Below are positions 20,201-29,166 of a stretch of DNA of 64,000 nt, one piece after another (the first letter of the stretch is position 1; every line of letters begins with the position of its first letter). The stretch spans positions 896,001 through 960,000 of the forward strand of contig CBDDIJ010000003.1 of the NCBI GenBank assembly GCA_965228855.1. The letters are read 5' to 3'. The position numbers were made by a program, and so were the translations under genes. The notes under the pieces were generated by a model that worked only from the letters and a program-made list of their open reading frames with translations, was not told where the DNA came from and ran no database searches. Source of the stretch: Candidatus Obscuribacterales bacterium (GTDB lineage: Bacteria > Cyanobacteriota > Vampirovibrionia > Obscuribacterales > Obscuribacteraceae).

Positions 20201-23200
20201 ATTGAAAGGCAATCAACTTAATTTGAACGCTGGGACAAACAGCATAACCGCCACAAATATTACTGCTTCAGGACTTAGTGGAAATCAAGACGGTGGTAGC
20301 ATCAGTATCACAGGCGGTACCGTAAGCGTTGATAGCCTGATCGCAAATGGCTTCGGCTCGGGACACGGCGGCGACATTAACATCTCTGCTAATACATTGA
20401 CCGCCGTCCAGTTCACCGCAGATGGTGGTACTTCAGGTTCCGGAGGACAAGGCGGTTCTGTTCAGGTCAATATCAATAGCGCTTCCCAATATATAGTTGG
20501 TCAAATCTCCGCTAACGGTGGTGGTTCTACAGGCGGTGCTGGTTCTATTATCGTGAGAAACACCGGATCTGGTGGCATAAGCCTCACTCCGAGTAATATT
20601 TCGCTGCTGACGGGTGGGGCTGGAGGCTCGCTCACTCTAGACGCGACTTCCGGCGCGGTGGACGGACCCATTGCAATCATGGGCAGTTTGATTAACGTCA
20701 ATGGAAATGCCGGTTTCAACAACGGACAAATTTTCCTATCCGGCTCCACAATCACAAGTTCAGGAGCATTGTCTCTGACGGCTGTTAATGGGCTCGATCA
20801 CACTGGCGTGATCGAACTCGCTGCGACTACCGGCAATATTGCAATAGCGGGCAACTTCTCTGCGTCTTCGGGATCAGCAATAACCGTTAACACTGACCAG
20901 TCAATTACGACATCAGGAACCGGCGGTAGTGTCTTACTTCAGTCGATGGATGGTTTAAATGCGGCGACAGCAAACATCATAACTTCGAGCGGAAGTCCAG
21001 CTGTTGCAGGTGGTGCAATCACTATCAATGGCAGTATCGGTAACTACAATATCGGAAATCTTTCAAGTTTGGGGACCGCCTCCCAGAGCGGAGGGAACAT
21101 AAGTCTTACTAGTGACACCGGAAGCTTCAATGTGGGCAACATTAGTGCAGATGGTGGCTCTTCTGGTGGCGGTGGTGGCAGCCTGACCATTGCCAGCAAT
21201 GCAGCGAGCATCAATTTAAAATCAATTTCGCTGAAAGGCTTTGGTTCTGCTTCCGGCGGTGACATGGATTTAAGCTCCAACAGCGGAGGCGATATCATAT
21301 TTGGTGTCAATTCGACGGTGGTGTCTGACTCATCTGCGGCCGGCGGTAATATTCAGATCTCAACGGGCACAGGCTCCGTTGTTTTTCAAGGTGGAACCTC
21401 GTCGATATCCGCGAAAGGCGGGACTGCTAACGGATCGATATCGTTCAGTCAAGTGGGCATGCTCGATCTTGGCTCTACAGATCTGACCATTGCAAATAAC
21501 GGAGTAGGTTCTGGCAGTTCCATAGACTTCTCCTCGGCACTTCCGGGGGGAAGCATATCTTCTACTGGCGGAAGTCTTTCGGTTAACGCATCTGGTTCAG
21601 TCAATTTCACTAATATGAACGGCGGCATCACCACAGGCGGTGGCGATGTGTCGCTGTCTGCTACGTCGATCAGCAATGATGGTCTAGGTCAATCAGCTCC
21701 AAGTATTGATGCTAGTGTATCCGGCGTGGGATTGGGTGGTGACATATCGATCACTGTAAACTCTAACCTCACAACAAATTCTCTCAAAGGCAACGATATA
21801 ACCATTTCGTTGCCGACTTTGACCCAACTGAGTCTCAACTCCTCTGTGGATGCGCAGGGAACTGTCATATTAAGTGCAGGTCGCGTTGTTCAGACTGCGG
21901 CTCAGACGATCAAATCAGACGCGCTTCAGCTGAATCTTTCTACGCCTGGCATGCTGACGACACTGGAGACGAATGTCAATTCGGTGACTATTGGCGGAGC
22001 GAACAACAGCGTGTCAATAGTTGAGAGTAACGACCTCTCAATTTTGAGCATCAATAATGTCTCGGACGTTAACATCACTGCCGCCGGTGGAATCACTGTT
22101 GATGCGGCTCAAAACACAATCGTGAATTACACGATCAGCGCTGGCGGATTGTTGTCGATCAATGCTCCAATTTCGACTAGCAATAGTATTTCTCTTACGT
22201 CAACAAATAGCGACGTTCAGCTTGGCGACGCTCTTACAGTCGGTTCCGCTGGTGTTATTACATTAGAAACGACCAACGGCGGTCAAATACAAGAAACTGC
22301 ATCAGGCTCGATCAATACCGGCTCAGGTGGCTTGCTTAACGTAAAGCTTCTTGGCGTTTCGTCTGGAAATGCGACACTGTCAGGAAGTAACAGTGTTTAT
22401 AGCCTCACCGGATCTGGTGGCGGTCTCATTACCCTGGATAATGCAGCAAACGCTCTGCAGATTCTCGGGTTAGGCTCCACCCAAAGCCTTAACGCGACGA
22501 CAACTGACGACGCAATGGGAATTAGCCTTGCAGGTCCAATTTCTACTTCTGGCACAGTGACCTTCAACACACCACTCTTTGTCACAGGTTCCAACAATTT
22601 GTCAGCTGCGAGCATAACGGTTCAGAGCACAGCTTCTCTGACCGTTGATTCAAACGGAGCGACTCTCACGGGCACGACTCCGCCAGCAGGCGCACCCGGC
22701 AATCCGAGCTCTCCGACTGCAATTAATTTCATCACCGCCAATGGTGAAGTCCTCACACTTGTTGGAACAATGAATTTCGGTGGAGACGTGACTCTCCGTA
22801 ATAGCGGAGGAACAACCGTTTCACAAAACAATTCGCTTTATGCCGGGTCTAACAACGTCGTATTGATTACGGCTAATTGGATGCAGCAAGGAAATGGAAA
22901 TATCACCGGAAATATTCTGTTTCCGGGAGGTGTTTCAATCGTGAATCCTGACGGAGACCTTGTCTTGGCTGGCAATCTCAAGTTCGATGGTCAGGATCTG
23001 GTGCTAGCCGCCAAAAACAATGTTATTCTCGGAAACTTTAATATAGATCTGAGCAGTTCCACGGGCGACGGAAGCGATCTGATCATTCTTGCGGGTTACA
23101 CACTTACGCCGACCGGCGGCGGTCAGCAACAAACTTCACTGCCATACACCATCGGCGCTCCAACAGTAGGTGGAGGAAGCATCTCCGGGACTGGAACAAT

Positions 23201-25847
23201 AACGACCACTAGCACCGCTCTTGGTGGCAATGGGGGAGACGTCACAATCCTCACAACTGGAACTGGGACTATCAGCCTGAATAACATTGACGCGTCGGCA
23301 ACGGATGGTCGGGGCGGTACGATTTACCTGATTGGAGCCGGTGTCACGGCAAACGAAATTACGTCCACGGGTAGCGCTCGAGCTGGAGACGTATACATCG
23401 GCGGCATAGACTCAATTCCAGTTCCGGATAACCCAATGATTCCGATGGTCATTCAAAATGGAAAGGTTACCGGAGGCACTTTTGACCTTGGAAATAATCA
23501 TGCCGGACCCATATCTGTTAAAGAAATCAATGCAGACAGCGGTTTCATCACTCTGAACAATAGAGGGGCTAACACTACTATTGATGGCACCATTAGCGCC
23601 ATTAAAGTATTTGCGTACACGGATGAGTTGGCATTCACTAACGTAAACAGTCTTAGTGTCAATCCCGATGCCGCTGGAAATGGTGGAGAGATTAGGATGG
23701 AGGTCGGTAGCGTTAAAGGTGCGACTACGGCTCCTTTCGAGTTGCGCGCTGACGGTGTGGGAACCGGTGATGGCGGCACTATTAACGTCCGGTCCCTAAC
23801 GACAAACACTTTCATTGGTACTCCCGCGAAAGCACCAAAAGGTTCGTTCACTCTACTCTCAGCTAGTGCTACCAGTGGTGCGTCTGGTGGAAACGGAGGG
23901 ATCATATCGATTTTTTCGGACGTTAGTCTGACTGTCGATACGGATTTTATCGATGCAAGTCCTCTATCAACTACCGGAAACTGGAACGGTGCATCATACG
24001 CGTTAGGAAGCGGAGCGGCTAAAGGTGCGGTCCTTCAGGTGTCGGGCGACCTCCGCGCCGACAATGTCGGTTCTGGTACCGGTGGGCAGATTTATCTCCT
24101 GTCGTTCAATAGCAAAGCGTTCACAGTCAATGCGACGAAGCTGCCAAAGTTTGGCACCACTGGAGAGTTATCCGCCGGCGCAAGTGGCTCCATAATCGTG
24201 GAGAACGTATTCGGCGGAGTGACCATCGCAAGCAATTTTGTCGATGACCCAGGAAGTTTGATATTGGGAGCCGGAGGAAAGGGTTCAATTTCAACTGGAA
24301 AGGGCGTGTCTTTGTCTGCGGTTAGCTACATCAGCCTGGCTAGTGAAACAGGAGCCATCGGGAAGAAACCGCTTATGGTCGCGGCTCCCGAACTCACGTT
24401 GATAAGCCAGGGCTCGGTGAATGTTCAAAGTACCTACACAGGAGGTGTTCTCTCGCTCATCGCACCTGTCACTAGGGCCGGAAAGTCGTTGACTCTGTCG
24501 GCATTGAGCGATGTTTTGATAGTGGACAGCATGGATGTGATGGGGGACATCGATATCTCTACTACTGGAGCAATCGTCGTTGACAACACGATAGTTACGC
24601 AAAGTGGCTCTATCGCTTTAACCGCTGGTAGTGGCACCCTCGATGTCCGCTCAAATATAACCGCAAATAATGGCGGCATAGTCCTAGCTAACCGCGATAC
24701 TGTAAACGGTGACGTCAATATTGGTGCTGTGACCGTAGCAACAGCAGGCAAGGGGGACGACGTTGTCATAGCGATTGGTGCTCCGCCCAAGAAGGGAACG
24801 AACACTCAAGCTGAGCCCGGCTTCACCGTCAATCCACATGGAACGAAGGGCGTCGCTTACTTTGGACCAGCAGGCGGTGTTGTGACGCCCGGAACTGTCG
24901 ACGTGAACGTCATAAACAAGGATGTGATTTTTAATAACCTGTCCACTGGTGGGAAACTGATGACCGTCGCCGGTGGCGCGACTATCACGGCCGACCCGCC
25001 GTCAAAGTTGGGAGGAAGTGTCGCAACTGTGTCCACGATGACGTCATCTCTTGAGAGCTCAGCTGATTCTTCACTAATTTCTATTCCGTCGAATGGGAAT
25101 ACGGGAAACACTTCAATGTTGATTGGTAGTTTGACGTTCGATCCGTCGCCGCGCCTTTCGACCTCAACTCAACTTACTGTAACCGGAACTGCTTCTAAAC
25201 TTACCGACAATGCCTGGGACAGGACTGGCTTGACTGGCGGTTCTATCTTGAATCTATCAGCGAATCGCACCGCGCCGCCCGAGCCGGAAGACTTGAAAGT
25301 TGATGCAGTGTTATGCCGTTTGGCTTCGGACAGTGCTCAGGAAGATCGCAACGTCGTCTTTGCTCCAACTTCGGACATAACTGTAAAAACGAAGCATGGA
25401 ACGGTCAGTATAAAAGCGGGCTCAGTAGCTCTTGTCATGCAGTCCGAGAGCGTCTTGTCTGTTTATGACCTTCATGATGAATGCAAGAATGCAGTCACTA
25501 TTCGTAGTGGCAACGCGCAACTGAATCTCACGCCAGGAAGACATGTTTCCATCAGCAATCAACCGCAGGCGGATTTCGTTGATGTGAATGCAGTTGAACT
25601 TGTTCAGTATCGTGGGATCAATCGGAGTCAGCTTCAGAACGGTCTGACGATATACACATCGGAGTTCTCCATTCCATCTGCGTGTTATGCGGTCAAGCCA
25701 CTTGCAAAACTATTCGGTTCAAAGGTTCCCGATGCGCGAAAGCTGACGAATCGATTACTGAAGACAACGTCCGTAGTCATGACTCTCAACCCTGATCGCG
25801 GCGATTTCATTCAGTACTTCAAACCGCGCGTCGCCGCTATGAAGTAG
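17244..25847 (+). CDS. Giant secreted haemagglutinin-like beta-helix repeat protein (2867 aa)
   Basis: GAAGGAG RBS, signal peptide ending AQA and extensive GGxIxI beta-strand repeats. Shares N- and C-terminal domains with the 1418-5359 gene. Confidence 0.85.
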   Translation: MNPQSSGTPTHSMLGASLLACLLSLVGSAAQANPGRGEDLSIGLAAREALKLDRHEARLERRESRIERALGKDSSSFAQMQRPSNVQFARPNGARQHNELRGMSGVTSSLRRAELSGLPGQISPFSTSRPTTGRSTFDTERGNSKLINRGLSLDLSSTKANITLGENLFDGTVTLVIAGEEKQFSAGSKATPAEFAAINQKLATGNQSLTLSVGGAASGGSLNLNLVSDNGSTIKASELVVPQNVTVEGDFGRTADGVRVNKDLVNYGSIVASSASGVRNTAVIGARDIVNAEGGSIVSVSSPSNPNLNLALRAARDLTNSGEINSSGDLELAAGRAITNVSKGVIGANGNVLFNAPSINNQGLIIGQSDITFAGPSTEALTVNNFGGTVSAQNGSINLRETDYIGTGNSIIYGGDLLSKQLNINAGQATGDVVANDVTGTVNSSGLAAHVSVDTDTLVLGTQCLTGDPTYYNTGDILINGSISVAEDLTIIAGRDISSVFGITLVAVDGAGAGKDITLIAGANITAGSGQLPPAGGPANLASGAQQALSNVTVSGASATGGNIVLGSSNYISSQSNLVTNEDGGDVTLIAYSNGNSLKGQIGPNSIVIEAHGHGSGNNGNVTIIGQGSVSIGQIFSYEGNGTAPGTGTVLVAVAPPTTSDGLPITYATDGSIASGNRFVPVNSPGNLNAQVLLGPVLASGNVSIIGSYDIVLGTVASYSGDISLQTDNGRLFFNTGAILTADSISAYSSGIQNVAGTFNANQVQLKSGSNITFDQTTINADSVTLLSNQNLVLSNSTINAREGLLAVAGQSITGDAGEWSHLNGSTSGDAANIALFAGASWTDNGATVTIGGSSATGGSIVGDSLQTITTSSTGGGSAGAITMVAFAQPSNSTSGRVTPQAVTEITAKGSGGLNGDVTIVADGTGNSIIIDSIDVTGGTAGGAITLSVTNPNVGSVSPINKSDATYSGSFAGSAQGAGAIQVLGELKGNQLNLNAGTNSITATNITASGLSGNQDGGSISITGGTVSVDSLIANGFGSGHGGDINISANTLTAVQFTADGGTSGSGGQGGSVQVNINSASQYIVGQISANGGGSTGGAGSIIVRNTGSGGISLTPSNISLLTGGAGGSLTLDATSGAVDGPIAIMGSLINVNGNAGFNNGQIFLSGSTITSSGALSLTAVNGLDHTGVIELAATTGNIAIAGNFSASSGSAITVNTDQSITTSGTGGSVLLQSMDGLNAATANIITSSGSPAVAGGAITINGSIGNYNIGNLSSLGTASQSGGNISLTSDTGSFNVGNISADGGSSGGGGGSLTIASNAASINLKSISLKGFGSASGGDMDLSSNSGGDIIFGVNSTVVSDSSAAGGNIQISTGTGSVVFQGGTSSISAKGGTANGSISFSQVGMLDLGSTDLTIANNGVGSGSSIDFSSALPGGSISSTGGSLSVNASGSVNFTNMNGGITTGGGDVSLSATSISNDGLGQSAPSIDASVSGVGLGGDISITVNSNLTTNSLKGNDITISLPTLTQLSLNSSVDAQGTVILSAGRVVQTAAQTIKSDALQLNLSTPGMLTTLETNVNSVTIGGANNSVSIVESNDLSILSINNVSDVNITAAGGITVDAAQNTIVNYTISAGGLLSINAPISTSNSISLTSTNSDVQLGDALTVGSAGVITLETTNGGQIQETASGSINTGSGGLLNVKLLGVSSGNATLSGSNSVYSLTGSGGGLITLDNAANALQILGLGSTQSLNATTTDDAMGISLAGPISTSGTVTFNTPLFVTGSNNLSAASITVQSTASLTVDSNGATLTGTTPPAGAPGNPSSPTAINFITANGEVLTLVGTMNFGGDVTLRNSGGTTVSQNNSLYAGSNNVVLITANWMQQGNGNITGNILFPGGVSIVNPDGDLVLAGNLKFDGQDLVLAAKNNVILGNFNIDLSSSTGDGSDLIILAGYTLTPTGGGQQQTSLPYTIGAPTVGGGSISGTGTITTTSTALGGNGGDVTILTTGTGTISLNNIDASATDGRGGTIYLIGAGVTANEITSTGSARAGDVYIGGIDSIPVPDNPMIPMVIQNGKVTGGTFDLGNNHAGPISVKEINADSGFITLNNRGANTTIDGTISAIKVFAYTDELAFTNVNSLSVNPDAAGNGGEIRMEVGSVKGATTAPFELRADGVGTGDGGTINVRSLTTNTFIGTPAKAPKGSFTLLSASATSGASGGNGGIISIFSDVSLTVDTDFIDASPLSTTGNWNGASYALGSGAAKGAVLQVSGDLRADNVGSGTGGQIYLLSFNSKAFTVNATKLPKFGTTGELSAGASGSIIVENVFGGVTIASNFVDDPGSLILGAGGKGSISTGKGVSLSAVSYISLASETGAIGKKPLMVAAPELTLISQGSVNVQSTYTGGVLSLIAPVTRAGKSLTLSALSDVLIVDSMDVMGDIDISTTGAIVVDNTIVTQSGSIALTAGSGTLDVRSNITANNGGIVLANRDTVNGDVNIGAVTVATAGKGDDVVIAIGAPPKKGTNTQAEPGFTVNPHGTKGVAYFGPAGGVVTPGTVDVNVINKDVIFNNLSTGGKLMTVAGGATITADPPSKLGGSVATVSTMTSSLESSADSSLISIPSNGNTGNTSMLIGSLTFDPSPRLSTSTQLTVTGTASKLTDNAWDRTGLTGGSILNLSANRTAPPEPEDLKVDAVLCRLASDSAQEDRNVVFAPTSDITVKTKHGTVSIKAGSVALVMQSESVLSVYDLHDECKNAVTIRSGNAQLNLTPGRHVSISNQPQADFVDVNAVELVQYRGINRSQLQNGLTIYTSEFSIPSACYAVKPLAKLFGSKVPDARKLTNRLLKTTSVVMTLNPDRGDFIQYFKPRVAAMK

Positions 25848-26182
25848 CTGAAGATTATAGGTTTGCTCAATCGGTTGTTTAAAACTGCACGAGACTGACG
25901 TGAGCAGGAAGTTCAATTTTTTCACACCCAACAGTTGCTCCACTGTTGCCTTACTGCGACACGATTGCCTCGCTACAATAAAATTATGACGTACGCATGG
26001 AACTGTCCAATTCGTATCTTGTGAATCGTTGTCACCGAGAAGTTTTAGATTTGTTGTTGCAGTTTTCTCGTCTACCAAGAGGCAGATGAAAAATCAATGC
26101 GAATCTGCATCGGCAGCGGAGAGTTTATACTCGCATACAAACATCGACCGATGTTCACAAGATGTTTCTCAATGACTGGTAA

Positions 26183-27766
26183 ATGCACATGTTAGTTTCT
26201 AGATTTACGGGACGCGCAACTCTCTTCACTCTTCTGTTCTGTGTGGTAGCACCCGCGAATGCACAAAGCGTCACACTGCCAATTATCGAGGTTCGCTCCT
26301 CCGGTGATAAAGAGGATGTTTTGGACTCCTCGCATCAGGGCAAGGCCATTTTTCTGATGCAATCAGGGCAACTCGAAGAGGCCAGGCGTGAGGCAGAAAC
26401 GGCGCTGTCAGAAGCAAAAAAAGGTGATAATAAACAGGTTATCGCGAGTTGTTACTCAGTTCTCGGCAAAGTTTATCGCCGACAAAATCGATATCATGAG
26501 AGTCTGGACTATTATCAGAGAGCGCTCGACTATTGGCAAACACAACCAAAACCAGATTTCATTGTCGCCCAGATTCTCAATAACATGGGCGAGGAATACA
26601 AGTCTATGGGGGCTCTTGATAAAGCGCTCGGCCTTCTGCTTGAGGCCAAGTCAAAAATGACTGAAGACCAAGCGAATTACTGTGCGATTCTGGAAAACCT
26701 TGGAAGTGTCCATTTTTTGAAAAATAACTTTGTAGAGGCAGAGAAGAATTGGCAAGCAGCCGTGAGTGCTGCACGGAAAGGTTACGATCGAAGAAGCGAA
26801 GTCGATAGTATGAGTGGTCTGGCCGTCTTGTACAGCAAGTATGGAAAGAAAGACGAAGCAGAAGCGATGGTCAAAGAAACGATCGAAAAAGTCACTGCAT
26901 ATTTCGGCCCGTCGGATCAGAGATTGGTCAACCTCCGACGATTGGAGACGCAGAATAACGTGGTGCAAGCGAACAAAGATTCGTCAGCGTTTATAAAGCA
27001 CATGAGTGCAGGAGCCGCGGCAAATCAAAAGGGTGATGCCGCGGCAGCCGAAGCTTCATACATGGCTGCTGTCAATGAATCTGAAAAATTCGGTGACAAC
27101 TTTGAGGGTTTACCAATTGCTCTCAATAATTTGGCAACCGCATACGGACAACAAGAAAAGTTTTCGAAGGCGGTGCCAGTATACGAACGTGCGATCCGTT
27201 TAATTGAAAAGACAGCTGGAAGCAAATCAACAAAACTGGCAGAACCACTAAATGCATTGGCCATTGCTTTAGCATCGCAAAATAAATATGCGGAGGCGGA
27301 ACCCGTGATGAAGCGCGCTTTGCCGCTGCTGGAACAAACGCTGCCCAATAATTCGCCAAGGGTCGAACAATCGAGACAGTTGTACAAGTTCTTGCAGATA
27401 AAGACTGGAAAACTTCGGAAACCACCATTGAACAGCGGTCCCAAAGAATGGCGAAGTATGCTTGATGCAGGCAGTGTAGCAATGCAGAAAGGCAATTTCA
27501 CTCAAGCCGTTTCGAGCTATAAATCGGCGTTAGCGATCATTCAAAAATCGCATCCGAAGTCTAGCTTTATGGCAACAACCTTATCCCTTCTCGGAGTGGC
27601 ATATCTGCGTGCCGAACTATATAAACAAGCTGAGTCGACTTTGACTAGTGCCATTCCAATGTGTGAACAATACAATCCAGCCGATGTGCAAGCTGTTTCT
27701 CTTTTGAAAAATGCTTTGGCCGTCGCGAAGTCAAAGCAAAAGTCAATCAAATTGTTGACTGAATGA
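26183..27766 (+). CDS. Secreted tetratricopeptide-repeat protein
   Basis: Signal peptide ending ANA and repeated LNNLA..Y..Q.KY.EAEP...RAL units. Confidence 0.85.
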   Translation: MHMLVSRFTGRATLFTLLFCVVAPANAQSVTLPIIEVRSSGDKEDVLDSSHQGKAIFLMQSGQLEEARREAETALSEAKKGDNKQVIASCYSVLGKVYRRQNRYHESLDYYQRALDYWQTQPKPDFIVAQILNNMGEEYKSMGALDKALGLLLEAKSKMTEDQANYCAILENLGSVHFLKNNFVEAEKNWQAAVSAARKGYDRRSEVDSMSGLAVLYSKYGKKDEAEAMVKETIEKVTAYFGPSDQRLVNLRRLETQNNVVQANKDSSAFIKHMSAGAAANQKGDAAAAEASYMAAVNESEKFGDNFEGLPIALNNLATAYGQQEKFSKAVPVYERAIRLIEKTAGSKSTKLAEPLNALAIALASQNKYAEAEPVMKRALPLLEQTLPNNSPRVEQSRQLYKFLQIKTGKLRKPPLNSGPKEWRSMLDAGSVAMQKGNFTQAVSSYKSALAIIQKSHPKSSFMATTLSLLGVAYLRAELYKQAESTLTSAIPMCEQYNPADVQAVSLLKNALAVAKSKQKSIKLLTE

Positions 27767-27778
27767 TCGCAGGGCACT

Positions 27779-27814
27779 CTTCTTCTTCTTCTTCTTCTTC
27801 TTCTTCTTCTTCTT
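27779..27814. repeat. (CTT)12 microsatellite
   Basis: 12 perfect CTT copies, 12 nt after the TPR gene stop. Confidence 0.95.
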
Positions 27815-28441
27815 TGCCGGATGGACTACTCCAATGGAATTTTTTACGCATTCAATTAAAGCTCTACTGCATATTAGTTACGAGCCTATGATGCGTTTCT
27901 TCGAGGCTGTGACGAAAAGGCGGATAAAGCGTATCTACAAAGATGCGATTACGACAACCACAACGGAGGGACCAATTCATTCAGAAAGCAGTGGGTGACA
28001 ATCCTTACTCGTTGGTAGCCTTCCTTAATCAGGATCTCAATTCGATCCCTTTCCGGCCTTCTACTGGCGGTTAGAACCGAACTCTCACGGCAACAACTCA
28101 TCAGCTTGCGAGACTGGTATAAGGCATCTGCGCAAAAACTTTCAGGTAAAACGATCTGGTGACCATCCGCAAATTAGTCGAAGGAGGACCGACGCGACGA
28201 AAAAAAGAAAGGTCGTGTGCAGGTGTCGAAAGCTGCGCGCTTTGTATGATTAGAAAAGGTGATGTGGAGGAGATCTGATTGAAATCGGTGTTGTTTGAAA
28301 TCAGTTGCGTGCGCCAATTTCATTCGCATTGACTTTGCTAGTTTCGATACAAACTTTTTGTTGACGACGACTGCTCAGACCGAGAGACGGCTCAATTCTC
28401 CAGGCATATTTTGCGTGAGAATTGAAGTGATTGCATTTGGC

Positions 28442-29011
28442 TTAAGACTTTCGTTTGCGCCTTTTCTGAAGGACTACGGGTGCCCCGTCGATTTCAGGCT
28501 CGTTTGCATAGTTGAAGCCGGTCAGGTGTTCGAACAAGTCGACCGGAATCGAGAAGAAGTGATCCCATTGCTTGTTTAGGGGTGTGGAATCCCTTTCGGC
28601 AATAATTTGCTTTTTTATGTAATCGAAGCCTATCGGTGGTTTGCCGCAAATTTCTATATTTTCCTTACCTAGATCCCCGAAGTGAGATACTGACCATTGC
28701 AGCCTGCCGCGGTGCCACTCGCTGGTGGCGCAGTAATTGCAGTGTTCATCAATAATTGAGACGAGCAGCTTGATGCTCTTAGATGCATCTTCAAGGACGT
28801 CGGTTTTGTCTTTGTATACCGGGCCAGTAAGACCTTCAACAAACAGGTCTAGCTTTAGGTGGTCGTAAATTATATACCAGTCCGTCTTCATTCGAAAACC
28901 GCATAGCCCGCCAATCTCCGCAGCAGTTCCAGAGCTGCGCAGGTTAAGTGCATCCCAGAGGTCTTCTTCATCAATCACTTTTGCTGCTAGTGTCGCTAGT
29001 GCTATTCCCAC
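28442..29011 (-). CDS. Hypothetical protein (189 aa)
   Basis: GAGGTG RBS before a GTG start and globular composition. No family recognised with confidence. Confidence 0.65.
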   Translation of the reverse strand: MGIALATLAAKVIDEEDLWDALNLRSSGTAAEIGGLCGFRMKTDWYIIYDHLKLDLFVEGLTGPVYKDKTDVLEDASKSIKLLVSIIDEHCNYCATSEWHRGRLQWSVSHFGDLGKENIEICGKPPIGFDYIKKQIIAERDSTPLNKQWDHFFSIPVDLFEHLTGFNYANEPEIDGAPVVLQKRRKRKS

Positions 29012-29166
29012 GTTTCACCTCGTCAAATAAATGCTTGATTGACCCAATAAGTGCTATTCGTTTGGAGACAAGGTTGTATTGGGTATTCGGCATTTAGTCA
29101 ATCTTGATATATGCACCTTATTCAAATTTTCAAAACACAACTTCAGGCAAAAACTCACAAGAACCT

